Part shown: positions 39,561 through 52,939 of the stretch, piece after piece
Layout: every line of letters begins with the position of its first letter
Position numbering within the stretch: position 1 is the first letter of the stretch
Assembly: GCF_001194135.2 (NCBI RefSeq)
Contig: NC_068987.1
Location: forward strand, 32,263,165 to 32,327,136
Reading direction: 5' to 3'
Source of the DNA: Octopus bimaculoides
Taxonomy: Eukaryota
Length of the DNA: 63,972 nucleotides
Notes under the pieces: model-generated
What the model was told of the DNA's origin: nothing
Database searches by the model: none
Seen by the model: only the letters and a program-made list of their open reading frames with translations
Translations under genes and position numbers: made by a program

Positions 39561-41006
39561 AAAGCAGTTCGTAAGGGGACAGCTACACCTGGTAAGGGAC
39601 TGGGTCTAATCTAATAGTCTAATCTAATCTAATAGTTTCTGTTCTTTTATTCTATGCTAAAGCTTTTTAAGGTTATATTTAATTGGACCAAGTTGGAAGT
39701 TTTAATTGGTTACTAGTAACAGTATATCATGAAATTAGTGGCATTAGAATTATTAGGTTAGATACTAGCTCGTCATTATGTTCTGGTGGACTTGTGGCAT
39801 GCACATCCACTCACACATATATGTACACACATACGTACGCATGCGTACACAGATATGAGGAATAGTGCTTTCTTTTAGGTATGTTGCAGTTTAAACTTTT
39901 TCATTAGTGTTTTTCGCATTTCCTTGAAGTTTTTTGGAAAACAAAGTTTCTAAGTGCTCTATTCCAGACTATCTCAGTCTCATAATCAGAATATGACCTA
40001 TTTTAGTTTTATGTGATGCCTGTGTTTTACATTGGGTGACTTTAATGTATGCAGAATTTACCACCGAATTTGACTGTTAGGTTTTCGCATCATGAGTCAC
40101 GTGCTTATCCTGTTTGTGATGTGTGTATACAATCTTTGTGTTTAATTTAGTTTTGTGTTGTGATACGAGTATTGCATTATAATTAATCGTCTATATTTGT
40201 CGGGGATTCTATAAAGCATGGATATATGGTTTATAAATATTTTCCTATCTAGTTTTGAGTATATATGGCTTCAGGTGTCGCAATTGCTCTTTGCTGTAAA
40301 TTTATTGTGAGCCTACGACAGAACACTGTGCTCATACGGCCAAATTAATAGTTAGAATCATGACGTTTACAGTTTTCACCTTTTCAGACGAATTCATAAA
40401 TTACAAAGAAACCAGCCGACCTAACAATGAATTTAGAGAGAAATACAAAACAACAAAAGACATGCAGCACCGCTATCAATCGAATTTGAGCGTTGGTCGA
40501 CCTGCGATTATAGCACAAGACACTTTCTCATGGTACCAGAAAGTGGGAACGAACATGTGACGGCGTATCTGTAAAGTGAACTTTGTAACACCACAGCTAT
40601 TTCTGCATCCCGATTATGCACTATTTTAAGTACACCAAAGATGATTCAGAGCACAAGATATAAAACGTGTTATATCCAGCAGTTATACTTGTATGTTCTC
40701 TCCAGGGATGATAAATATCGACGTTATTTTAGAATTAGAATAAAAATAAATCGAGTACTTTTCTAAGAATAAGAACTAGCTCTCTATTTCATTACTTGAG
40801 TCCACATCCGTCCCACACTATTTTCTTAATAGAAGTTTTGATTAGAAAAGTAAACTAAGATATATAACATATTCCGCTGTAAGCATTAGGAAATGAAGCA
40901 AGATACCACAAGCGCCACCTGTTGTGAAAAATGAAGTCTATATCATTATAATTTGCTGAATCGAAGTAGTCCTGCCGGGAAGTCTCCAATTAATTTGGTT
41001 CGAAAG

Positions 41007-41097
<91 letters not shown>

Positions 41098-41165
41098 GCC
41101 TGCCTGCCTGACTGTCTGTCTGCCTGCCTGCCTGTCTGTCTGCCTGTCTGTCTGTCTGTCTGATG

Positions 41166-41220
<55 letters not shown>

Positions 41221-41232
41221 GTCTATCTATCT
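41007..41232. repeat. Symmetric compound microsatellite (TATC)n(TGTC)n(TGCC)n(TGTC)n(TATC)n
   Basis: Read directly from the sequence. Confidence 0.95.
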
Positions 41233-41859
41233 ATATATCTATATATACATATACATGCACAGATAGACACACACACAGTCATACACACATACGCACAAGC
41301 TTAAATTTAAATTAATCGTACATTAAACAGCTATTTCACAAGCATGCACATACAAAATAACAGTCACACATACACCTATAAGTTTAGTGCACAAAAATGT
41401 ACATACATAATGCATATATATTTATATATACTGGCATCTAAAACTGAGTGAACTGTACACACACACACATCCACATGTGTATATATGTATATACACTGTG
41501 AGCATGCATGTGATCTTACACATGCCATATAGCAAGTTGAATAACTTCCATTAACTGATATCTAGAGGTGTTTAAAATCTAAAAAAACCTGGTAAGGGAC
41601 ATAACTCTGATATCAAGGTTGCAACGAGAAGTTAGATGTGGGTCTTGTTTTTAAAGCCAACGTCTATGCACAATAGACACGTTTCAATCTTATTTGATCA
41701 AGACAGCATATATATTTAGCTCAGGCAGCAAGACAGATCAGTATATATATGTAAGAGAATAGGGAATGTAGTAACATCGTTACACAGAATAAGGATGTCA
41801 GCAATAGGTTTCGGTAAAATACCATTAAAAAAAATGGAATTAGGGTGTACTGCTTAGAG

Positions 41860-42114
41860 CAGTAGTTCTCAACCATTTGTTTTCACCTATGGATCTCTTT
41901 GATTCCTATTTTACTCGGTTGAACCCTAATAATCATTCTATATTTGAAAAATTCCTGTTATATTTTTTAGAATTAAGGATTATTAGGTATTGCATAAATA
42001 ATTAAGATATTTGATGTATTGAAGAAGTATAAGGAATTTGTTGCAGATAAATGCTAACAACAATATCTTATATGGATCCCCAAGTACCATATCTGCCCCA
42101 GTTGAGAACGATAC
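41860..42114. mobile_element. hAT MITE with 8-bp TSD
   Basis: TIR CAGTAGTTCTCAACC and degenerate AGTTGAGAACGATAC; GCTTAGAG at 41852-41859 and 42115-42122. Confidence 0.8.
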
Positions 42115-42472
42115 GCTTAGAGCAAATATTTCCTGCAGATATTACCTTTAAACCCAACACTATCTCCCCACATAAATTAATAATTCCCATAATGAAAACT
42201 TTCTTCATTTACCAGCCTATCTCTTCAACACATCACTCAATAAACCGAATCGCCTTCAGATGAGAAAAAAAACAAAAACAAAAGCAAAGAACAAAGCAAA
42301 GCAAAACCAAACAAAAAAACAAAAGAAAAAAACAAAAGAAAAACAATAAAAATAATCAAATAGAAAATTTCTTTTCTGCCTAATTTTAAATTCTATTTTA
42401 TAATGTTTTCCTCTCAATCCTACGAATGACCAAATGACCATTCTTAGATATCTTCCACAAATNNNNNNNNNN

Positions 42473-42504
<32 letters not shown>

Positions 42505-43084
42505 AAAAGAAAAGAAAAGCAGTTCAAATGCGGTTTGGGATATAACTGATCTGCAAAAATATCGTATTCAGTGGTGTTTGCCGCTTGAGAAAAGTTCTTG
42601 CTTCTGACATGAGGTATTAAAACAACCACCGTCAGCCGAAATGGTGAATGGATTTCTACCTTCTTGGCTATCATCAGACTCTGGAGGTCTTTGTTTCTTT
42701 ATAGTACAACAGTATCAAAGTATGAACTGATTCTGCCCGCAACCAGCCTAGGCTGGAACATAATACTGTAATAGGCATACAACTGTCCGTGTTCATGAGC
42801 ACCTATTGCTTAAGGACAAAATGATTCTCGACAACAAACAGCAATAAATGCAACCCTTTGCATAGTAAATGTGTCCTAAACATATTTGAACTCGTCTAAA
42901 TTTTTGTTTACTCGCAATACTGCTTTCACGTGCCTACTACAAAGAAAAAGACAATAAATTAGCTAGATAAACCTTTCCTTTAAGACCAGAATCCTCTTTG
43001 TTCAAAATAATATGCTTATACGCATATCTACATCCTCATGCACAAATGTACGCAAATAAACACTGCCCACATTAACAGATAATT

Positions 43085-43290
43085 ATCCTTTGTACTATAG
43101 GCATAAAGCTTGAAATTCTGGGGGATGGGGGTAGTCGATTACAAAAGCTCCGATGCTCTGTTGGTACTTATGTTATTGACCCCGATAAAAATGAAAGGCG
43201 AAGTTAACCTCGGAGGGATTTGAACTCTGAATGGACGAAATGCCGCTAAGCGTTTTCTCCAGCGTGCTAATGATTCTGCCAATTCACCCG
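43085..43290 (-). mobile_element. SINE family B
   Basis: Homologous to the other copies. Confidence 0.8.
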
Positions 43291-43837
43291 TCTTGCATTA
43301 CCACATAATACTAAGAAACAAAAATAGAATCCTACCTCCAAAATGTCTCCTACGATTTATAACAATAACCATGACTGTATTAATTACTTGATTATGATGA
43401 TGAGAGGGTAGTGGGTGGAATGGAATGGAATATCGTCAAGGTTTGGAAAAGAAGAAGAGAAAGAAAACCTACAAGAAGAGCGAACCCAGGTAAAAAAGAA
43501 GTCGAAGAGATACACTCTGGATATCTCTACGATGCTGCATACGATTCAGGTTCTTATAAAGACAAAAGAGAAGCTAAAGGGTATGCTGAACAAGTTACAC
43601 ACAAAGAATAAGTGGACAATATAGGGATTACGTAGGAGATGCGAGATTTCATATACAAAGCAATTGAAATATAGAAACATCGTCAATACTTATGAGCACT
43701 TTTAGTAGCAGAAATACTTTCAACAGATTCCAGGGTATTTATTGCTAAATTGAAAAGGATCCGCGTAGTGTGCGACTAGTGTTAGTGGGTAATACTTGTT
43801 GTATTACTTGAAGAGATGGATCACCTGTGTTGCTGTT

Positions 43838-43840
<3 letters not shown>

Positions 43841-43897
<57 letters not shown>

Positions 43898-43995
43898 CTT
43901 CTTCTTCTTCTTCTTCTTCTTCTTCTTCTTCTTCTTCTTCTTCTTCTTCTTCTTCTTCTTCTTCTTCTTCTTCTTCTTCTTCTTCTCATCATCAT
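43841..43995. repeat. Compound trinucleotide (GTT)~19(CTT)~29(CAT)3
   Basis: Read directly from the sequence. Confidence 0.97.
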
Positions 43996-44759
43996 GGAAC
44001 CTTGTGACATATAAAAGAAATCATCCTCAATATCATTATTGTTGTTATAATTATAATTATCATTGTTGTTGTTATTATTATTATCGTTGTTGCTCTGGTC
44101 TCTGACATGTTCTCCAAAGCTGTGTTATTTCAGCACTTCCGATATCGACCTTTATTTGCATTTCTTCTTAAATAATATCTTGAAAAGAGACTAGTCGATT
44201 GGATCAATCACATTATGTAACTGGTATTTAAGTTATTGATAATAGAAGTAGAGTGAAAAATGGTGGAATTTTGCATTCTAAATGTATAGAAATAAAAAAA
44301 AAGACAATCAAAAGATTAAAAATAACCATCACAAAGACGTTAATGAAATCTTAGTTATCGGGGAGGCATTGTACTGTCTAACTGTTTCAGTAACTATTAG
44401 TCACAAATTCGGTGAGGTCGATGACGAGCCAGAAGAGCTAGAATGCTCAACTAAATGACTTGTTGATTTTGTTATGTTTGTTTACGTTCTAAATTTGAAG
44501 AGTCTTGCATTTCCTCTTTGCAGCGCTGATAAAATGTGTAACAATCATATCATCGAGTCAACCATGCTGTTAATATACCTTCAGCAAAAATCTGTCGCTT
44601 TCTACGAAAGGTGTACAACAAAAATCAATAATGAAATGCCTGTTCATGTATATGTCTCTGAATATAGATGTACATCTTCATAGTCACATGATTCCCTTAA
44701 TACAATATTTTCCAATTTTATGAAGTTACTTAGCACCGTCCAGAGATGCAAAATTATAC

Positions 44760-45650
44760 AGGCATGATTATGTAGATAAGAAATTCATTTTGCAACCACG
44801 CAGTTTGAATTTAGTCCCGCTGGGCGGCAAACTTGTGCAATTGTCTTTTATTATAACATCGTACTTACAAAAGCCCTGGGAGTGAATTTGATAGACGGAG
44901 CTGTGTGGGAGCAGGCATATGCGTGTATATGTATGTATAAATCTATCTATCTATCTACAGTCATATATATTTTTGTGTGTGTGCGTGTACGTGTGTGCGT
45001 GCGTGTATGTGTGCCTTCATGTATGTTTTTGTCTGTCTCACCGTCTGACAACCGGTGTTGGATTGCTTGTGTTCCTGTAACTTAGAAGTTGGACAATAGA
45101 CTCCGATTGAACAAATACTAGATATTGATTTCAAATTTTGATACAAAGTTAGCAATTTCGGGGTAGGGGGCAAGTTGATTACAACGACCGCAGTGCTCAA
45201 CTGGTACTTATCTTAACGGCCCTTAAAGAGTTGAAAGGCAAAGTTGATCTCGGTGAAATTTGAACTCAGAATGTAAAGACGGACGAAACGCCGCCTTAGA
45301 ACAAGTATTAGATATTCTTTTCTACTCTAGGCACAATGCCCGAAATTTTGGGGGAAGGGGCCAGTCGATTAGATCGACCCCAGTACGGACTAGTACTTAA
45401 TTTATCGACCCTGAAAGGATAAAAGCCAAAGTCGACCTCGCGGAATTTGAACTCAGAACATAAAGACAGACGAAATACCGCTAAGAATTTCGCCCGGCGT
45501 GCTAACGTTTCTGCCAGCTCGTCGCCTTAACAAGTATTAGATATTAATGCAAAATAAGTACCGGGGTTGACGTTATCGACTATACTTATGATAGAATGCT
45601 TCAGCATAACTGCAGTCTAGTGACTGGAACATGCAAAAGAATAACAAATA
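44760..45650. mobile_element. Nested SINEs: old family A copy (+) split by two family B copies (-, about 45125-45298 and 45317-45528)
   Basis: Family A 3' end resumes at about 45550; the second B copy has a 17-bp TSD AACAAGTATTAGATATT (45300-45316, 45529-45545). Confidence 0.8.
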
Positions 45651-46140
45651 TATCATGACCGTCTTAATTTTTGTATGTGTCCGAATATTCAATATTCTGG
45701 GATACTGTTCACTATTTCCAGCTATTCTGTCATCATTAGTCAACAATTTAAGTAAATAATGAATACGAAATNNNNNNNNNNNNNNNNNNNNNNNNNNNNN
45801 NNNNNNNNNNNNNNNNNNNNNNNNNNNNNNNNNNNNNNNNNNNNNNNNNNNNNNNNNNNNNNNNNNNNNNNNNNNNNNNNNNNNNNNNNNNNNNNNNNNN
45901 NNNNNNNNNNNNNNNNNNNNNNNNNNNNNNNNNNNNNNNNNNNNNNNNNNNNNNNNNNNNNNNNNNNNNNNNNNNNNNNNNNNNNNNNNNNNNNNNNNNN
46001 NNNNNNNNNNNNNNNNNNNNNNNNNNNNNNNNNNNNNNNNNNNNNNNNNNNNNNNNNNNNNNNNNNNNNNNNNNNNNNNNNNNNNNNNNNNNNNNNNNNN
46101 NNNNNNNNNNNNNNNNNNNNNNNNNNNNNNNNNNNNNNNN

Positions 46141-46290
46141 CAGTGCGTAACTGGTACTTAATTTATCGACCCCAAAAGGATGAAAGGCAAAGTCGACTTC
46201 AGCGGAATTTGAACTCAGAACGTAACGGCAGACAAAATACCGCTAAGCATTTCGCCCGGCGTGCTAACGTTTCTACCAACTCACCGCCCT
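46141..46290 (-). mobile_element. SINE family B (3' end in gap)
   Basis: Near-consensus homology to 45317-45528. Confidence 0.85.
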
Positions 46291-46860
46291 CCAGAAGAAA
46301 AAAATAATGTCAGACACAGCAAAACAAAGTACACGTAAATAATGGCCGAACATTTGGTAGAAATTGTAGATTCACTTGTATTACTACATAAGATTTTGTC
46401 TCCTAACTTTTAAATGTTGGACTATTTAAAAAGTTATTGAAAGAGAAATTGAAAAACACTAAAAACGAGAAAATAAACTTGCTTCATAGACAAATACATA
46501 CATATAATACATATAAATACACACACATATATATATACACACACATATATATATATACACATGCATATACATATATAAATATACATATATTATCTAAGAT
46601 GTATAATGCATATTATACACACACATACACACACACGTACATATATATGGACACGCTCATATATAAGCGTAGGCATATATAGCATATATTATAAGATAGT
46701 TAAAAAGATAATTACTGCATATATAATTGAATGTATAATTAATTGCAAATTTAGAGATAAGTTTATATATGAGAAATTTGCATATCTTAACCTATACATT
46801 TTTCATATAACTGCACACACACACAAACACACACACACACACAACACACACACACACACG

Positions 46861-46925
<65 letters not shown>

Positions 46926-47017
46926 GTGTGTGTGTGTGTATGTACATACACACGTTAATATTTATGTGTGCGCATAGATGTGATATAAATGCCTGTACAT
47001 ATATGTGTATATATATA

Positions 47018-47052
<35 letters not shown>

Positions 47053-47211
47053 GCATACATACACACACACATATGCATATATATATTTGCACATATGTCG
47101 AGATGCATGTATTTACATATCAATATGAACACTGCATGCAAAATATAGTTGTGTAACAAGCGTTTATATATGAAACTACATTTATATAGATTTATACATA
47201 AATACATATAA

Positions 47212-47285
<74 letters not shown>

Positions 47286-47619
47286 ACACACACACACGCT
47301 AGTATATATTTTAATAAATATATTCAATATATGTAGCTATATTTTTTTCAGTCATCGTTTCATGTACATTAATCAATATACATTATTATTTTATAGTTCT
47401 GAATTTAGTGGAATTCGATATTATATTAATTTTATTGAGCACTTTAGACTTTGCTTGAAATAATTTCTCATTTACTGGTTTGAGAGGGTATATATTATTA
47501 TTATTGTTGTTCTTTTGTTGTTGTTGTTGTTGTTATTACTATAGTTGTTGCTGTTGTTGTTGCTGCTGTGATTATTTTCATCCTTGTTGTTGTTAGGGTG
47601 GTTAATTTGCAGAATTATA

Positions 47620-48200
47620 AGTATGTGGGAAAATGTTCAGTGTTCTCGGTCTTTGCGTTCTGAATTCAAATCGAGTCGGGGCCGATTTTTAAACTTCGAA
47701 AATCGATAAAATAACGTAAAAATCATGTACTGAGGTCAATGATATCGATTTACTTTCGACTCTTGGACAAAAAAAAAATAAAAAGCTGCTGGCCATGTGT
47801 TTAAATTGGATATTATTATCATCGTTAAGGAGGCAAACTGGCAGAATTGTAAGCCCGTCGGACGAAATGCTGATAAACATTTCGTCCGTCTTTACTAGTC
47901 AAGTACTGGGGTCGATGTAATCAACTTTCCCCTTCCTCTAAAATTACTAACCTTCGGTCAAAATTTGAAAGCATAATAAGACGGTGAACTGGCAGAGTCG
48001 CCAGCACGGCGGGCGAAATGGTTAGCGGTATTTCGGCCGTCGCTACGTTCTGAGTTCAAATTCCGTCGAGGTCGACTTTACCTTGTATCCCTTCGGGGTC
48101 GACAAATTAAGTTCCAGTGAAACACTGGGGTCGATGTAATCGACTAGTCCCCTCCCCACATATTTTAGGCTTTGTGCCTTTAGTTGAAAAGATTATTAAT
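47620..48200 (+). mobile_element. Three SINE family B copies/fragments (about 47620-47770, 47825-47970, 47978-48200)
   Basis: Repeated AAG(G/A)(A/C)GG(C/T)(A/G)A(A/G)CTGGCAGA heads and GGGGTCGATGTAATC tails. Confidence 0.8.
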
Positions 48201-48203
48201 CAA

Positions 48204-49975
48204 CGCCGCCAAGTCGGTGGGTTTGCGGTTGGGCTCCTGGAGAGGCAGGACGATGCCATCGGACGGAGTCGTCGGATGCTGGACCGACGGACCAGTTAAA
48301 CTACTGGGGGTCTGGTTTGGTCCCGACCTCCAGGTTGATAACAACTGGGACAAGGTGGCGAACAGGGCCATTTGGGCTGAGAGGAAGCTGTCCCTGAAAG
48401 GCCGGGCAGAGGTGGCGAATGTTTACACCACCTCCGTTATTATTTATCACCTGACTGTGGTGCCTTGTCCCGGTTACTGCTTGACCAGGTTGGAGTGTCT
48501 CTTATTTAAAATCTTGTGGAAAGGACGCGTTCCAATGGTCAGGCGGTCNNNNNNNNNNNNNNNNNNNNNNNNNNNNNNNNNNNNNNNNNNNNNNNNNNNN
48601 NNNNNNNNNNNNNNNNNNNNNNNNNNNNNNNNNNNNNNNNNNNNNNNNNNNNNNNNNNNNNNNNNNNNNNNNNNNNNNNNNNNNNNNNNNNNNNNNNNNN
48701 NNNNNNNNNNNNNNNNNNNNNNNNNNNNNNNNNNNNNNNNNNNNNNNNNNNNNNNNNNNNNNNNNNNNNNNNNNNNNNNNNNNNNNNNNNNNNNNNNNNN
48801 NNNNNNNNNNNNNNNNNNNNNNNNNNNNNNNNNNNNNNNNNNNNNNNNNNNNNNNNNNNNNNNNNNNNNNNNNNNNNNNNNNNNNNNNNNNNNNNNNNNN
48901 NNNNNNNNNNNNNNNNNNNNNNNNNNNNNNNNNNNNNNNNNNNNNNNNNNNNNNNNNNNNNNNNNNNNNNNNNNNNNNNNNNNNNNNNNNNNNNNNNNNN
49001 NNNNNNNNNNNNNNNNNNNNNNNNNNNNNNNNNNNNNNNNNNNNNNNNNNNNNNNNNNNNNNNNNNNNNNNNNNNNNNNNNNNNNNNNNNNNNNNNNNNN
49101 NNNNNNNNNNNNNNNNNNNNNNNNNNNNNNNNNNNNNNNNNNNNNNNNNNNNNNNNNNNNNNNNNNNNNNNNNNNNNNNNNNNNNNNNNNNNNNNNNNNN
49201 NNNNNNNNNNNNNNNNNNNNNNNNNNNNNNNNNNNNNNNNNNNNNNNNNNNNNNNNNNNNNNNNNNNNNNNNNNNNNNNNNNNNNNNNNNNNNNNNNNNN
49301 NNNNNNNNNNNNNNNNNNNNNNNNNNNNNNNNNNNNNNNNNNNNNNNNNNNNNNNNNNNNNNNNNNNNNNNNNNNNNNNNNNNNNNNNNNNNNNNNNNNN
49401 NNNNNNNNNNNNNNNNNNNNNNNNNNNNNNNNNNNNNNNNNNNNNNNNNNNNNNNNNNNNNNNNNNNNNNNNNNNNNNNNNACAAGGCTGAAAGGCATGT
49501 GGACAGATACGTTCCTCTTTGGTAGAGCTGTCATTGAATTGAAAAGGAAATTGTGAGTGGAGAGATAAGTGCTGTCTCCAAGTGAGTTTATTGAAACGTT
49601 GGTGAAAGTTGCGAAAATGGCAAGAGTGGATGGTATCTCTCTAAGTGTAGACCTGTGAGTCGGAGAGAAGGAATTGTAGAGGGCACTTGCTCTTGGAGCT
49701 TCAGGGAAATCTGGGACAGTGGGGTTCCTCGATTATCCCTGGAGGCCTTCCTTTATCAGGAGGGTCACATCATTCTCACCACCACCTTTTTTTTTTAAAC
49801 TTTGTATGCTATGCATATCTCCCTTCTTTTTTTTTTAGTGTATACCGTATATACTTACTTTTTTTAAAATCATTTCATTATATATAAATCCCTACACTTT
49901 ATGTTTGTCTTTGTATTGTTTCCCTCATCCTTCGCCCTTGTGGCAAATAAATGAAATAATAATAATAAATATCAT
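48204..49975 (+). mobile_element. 5'-truncated L1/Tx1-like LINE: end of RT, gap, ORF2 C-terminus, 3' UTR, AAT tail
   Basis: VKLLGVWFG...W..RKLSLKGRAEVAN...FKILWKG (KYLG.....LS..GR......F.W.G of L1-clade ORF2); after the gap ..LKRKL*VER*VLSPSEF; polyA signal and (AAT)n. Confidence 0.8.
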
Positions 49976-50099
49976 TATAAAAACAAAGCTCAGGTCTGAA
50001 CTTATTCCTGGTATGATTTATGTGGGTGGCAGGTTACTACCTGTAACCTTAGGTTACACGTCTTCAGCAGTCTTTTAAGTGCTTAGAACCCTCCTGATA

Positions 50100-50330
50100 A
50101 TCGTTGCTAAGAGGCAAACTTTCTGTAAGGTTATGAACTCAGAATTACGAGTGTCTGAAAAATGACTCACAGTATTTTTTCTTGCTTCACGGTATTTGCT
50201 CAAGCCTCGCCGAACCCAGTTTTACCTTTCATCTTTTCGGGCTCGATAAAATAAATTCTGAATAAAGTATTGATGTCAATGGTATCAACTAGTCCCGACC
50301 GACCAAATTTCTATCCTTGAGCCTTGCATA
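50100..50330 (+). mobile_element. Old SINE family B
   Basis: Degenerate homology (TCATCTTTTCGGGCTCGATAAAATAA). Confidence 0.6.
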
Positions 50331-50557
50331 GATGCAAATATGATGGAGTCAATGCATTCTACAAATGTATGGAACCATCACAGTAATACGCTATGCGTAT
50401 GTACGTAAATACATAAATACAAACATATATACATACATGTATATACATATAATAGAAGTATACACACATGTATATATATATATATATATACACATACACA
50501 TATGCATCAATATATACATGTATATATGTGTATATATATATGTGTGTGTGCACGTAT

Positions 50558-50610
<53 letters not shown>

Positions 50611-50685
50611 CACACATTTATATACATATACATATATATATATATACATATATTTATATATACATATATATATACATATATACGT

Positions 50686-50759
<74 letters not shown>

Positions 50760-51281
50760 GAGTGTGTGTGTCGTCTGTATTCATATATATATATATATAC
50801 ATGAGTGTGTGTGTGTGTCGTCTGCATTCATATGTATTTATATCTGACTGTATAGATGCATATAGTTTATGCGCCATAGAATATAATTTGCATTTCTTAC
50901 CTAATAACTTATCTCCATCACCACCATCACGAAAAATAAATAATATATAAAATAAAGAAGAAAGCCGACAACCAGAACAGAATCTATAAAATCTGTAAAA
51001 ATTTGAATTGCTAAATCAAGAACATTTGATGGTTTCGATTTTTTTTTCTTGAAGTTTCAGGAAACTTCAAGTTGATAGGAATTTAGTTTAGACATTTTAT
51101 TATTTGTTATTTTCTTTTAGACATTCCTAGATTCTCTTCTATTAAAAGAACATGATTTATAACACACTATATTTTCTGTAAATCGGTAGATCACATGTTA
51201 ACTCTTTTATGACAGTAGTCAATGCATTTTTTTTTGTACGGAAATAAGAAATGCAACGGCTTCATAAATAATGTCTTTCAC

Positions 51282-51347
<66 letters not shown>

Positions 51348-51419
51348 CATTTACCTGCCAAACAACCATTCAATGACAAATGTCAATTACCTATAAACTG
51401 AGCTGTTAATATTTTAAGC

Positions 51420-51650
51420 ATAAAAAAAGTCAACGAACTGCCAGAATCGTTACGATGCTGGGCAAATTGCTTAGTGGTATTTCGTTCGACTTTACGTTCT
51501 GAGTTCAATTTCCGCCGAGGTTGACCTTGCCGTTCATCCTTTCAGGGTCGATAAAATAAGTAAGTAGGAGATGAGCACTGGGGTCGACGTAATCGACTTA
51601 CCCCTTCGCTCGAAACTGGTGGCCTTGTACCAAAATTTGAAATCAATATT
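51420..51650 (+). mobile_element. SINE family B
   Basis: Homologous to the other copies. Confidence 0.85.
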
Positions 51651-51712
51651 TTAAGCATAAATCATACTTATATATAAAAATATCTTATACGCGCGCGCAC
51701 ACACACACACAC

Positions 51713-51744
<32 letters not shown>

Positions 51745-51754
51745 ATATACATAC

Positions 51755-51785
<31 letters not shown>

Positions 51786-51899
51786 CATACATACACACAT
51801 ATATTCGTATATATGTATATATATATATATATAAAAGATACTTATAAGCATTGCTGAACGACGGCAGCAAAATAAAGAGGTCAGTCTTACTACAGGAGT

Positions 51900-52440
51900 T
51901 AAGCCAGACTATCCTCGTAAATATACTTTATATAAATTTATATTTATAATCTTATTTTAAGCGTGGGCTTTATAGCTAATTGGTTTTTCAGGTTCTTTGG
52001 GTTTGCTCTAATCATAAACATCAAATTGCAATGTGATACTGAGTTAGTGGGGTTGTCTGTTTGTAGCCGAGTAGCTACGAAATAAGCTATAACCCTCATG
52101 TGGTAGGGAGTAGGTAGTTCTGATAACTTATACCAATAAAACGTTTTTAGGTGATATTTTTACAAATTTATTTGGCAGAAATTGTTTGGTATTATGGTAA
52201 AATGACTGCCTGGTATATGACAGATACTATAGTTATGTTTTCGTGTTAGGATACATATTTGCTCTGAAGCAATAATTTACAGAATTCTTTACGAGGATGT
52301 AGAGTATTTTTAATAGATTATAATTGTGTGAGAAGTGTCAGAGCCGTTCCATATGTCAGAGCAAAACACCATTGTAGGCTTCACCTGAGCTTTGCAGGGA
52401 ATTGTTCATATTGCAATAGTCCCAATTGTCCAGGCATTAA
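51900..52440 (-). mobile_element. Possible CR1/L2-group LINE C-terminal fragment
   Basis: KAQVKPTMVFCSDIWNG resembles YKAQVRP.MEYCS.IW.G. Confidence 0.35.
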
Positions 52441-52939
52441 AAGAAAGCTGAAAAAAGAAAGCTGTTTGTGAGTTTGTTTAAGTAAAATTATGCGTGTATA
52501 TATATTTGTGAGTGTGTGTAACTGTATGTTTGATGTGTGAAGATTAAATCAAGAAAGATAAAGGTAAATGAAAAGACCAGTGGAATTACCCCTCCTCGTA
52601 TTTTCCCTTTAGTCATCAACTTACACTCGTTAGAAGAGACTCAGTTTCTTTACAGCTGCTAAGACTATGGCCACTTCCCCTTCGTTCAGACCAAATCATA
52701 AAAAATAACAGTAAGCGTCATAATTAATGACATCAAAAAAGATCCTCGACAACATTAACAATACATTTTCAGCAACAGTTGCGAAAGAAACAGATCTATA
52801 CAGGATTGATATCCTACAGAAAGATATATGTCTGACTCAAGTGGCCGAACCGATAAGGCCGGAAAAAGCGCGAGCAGACATTGCCATGCACCCTACCCAC
52901 GAGGTGTGGGCAGAAAAGCACAAAAAACCGCAATTTATA

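Noticed and set aside
43411-43624. Two overlapping purine-rich ORFs
   Set aside because: No splice signals or domain similarity I can support; openness is explained by composition
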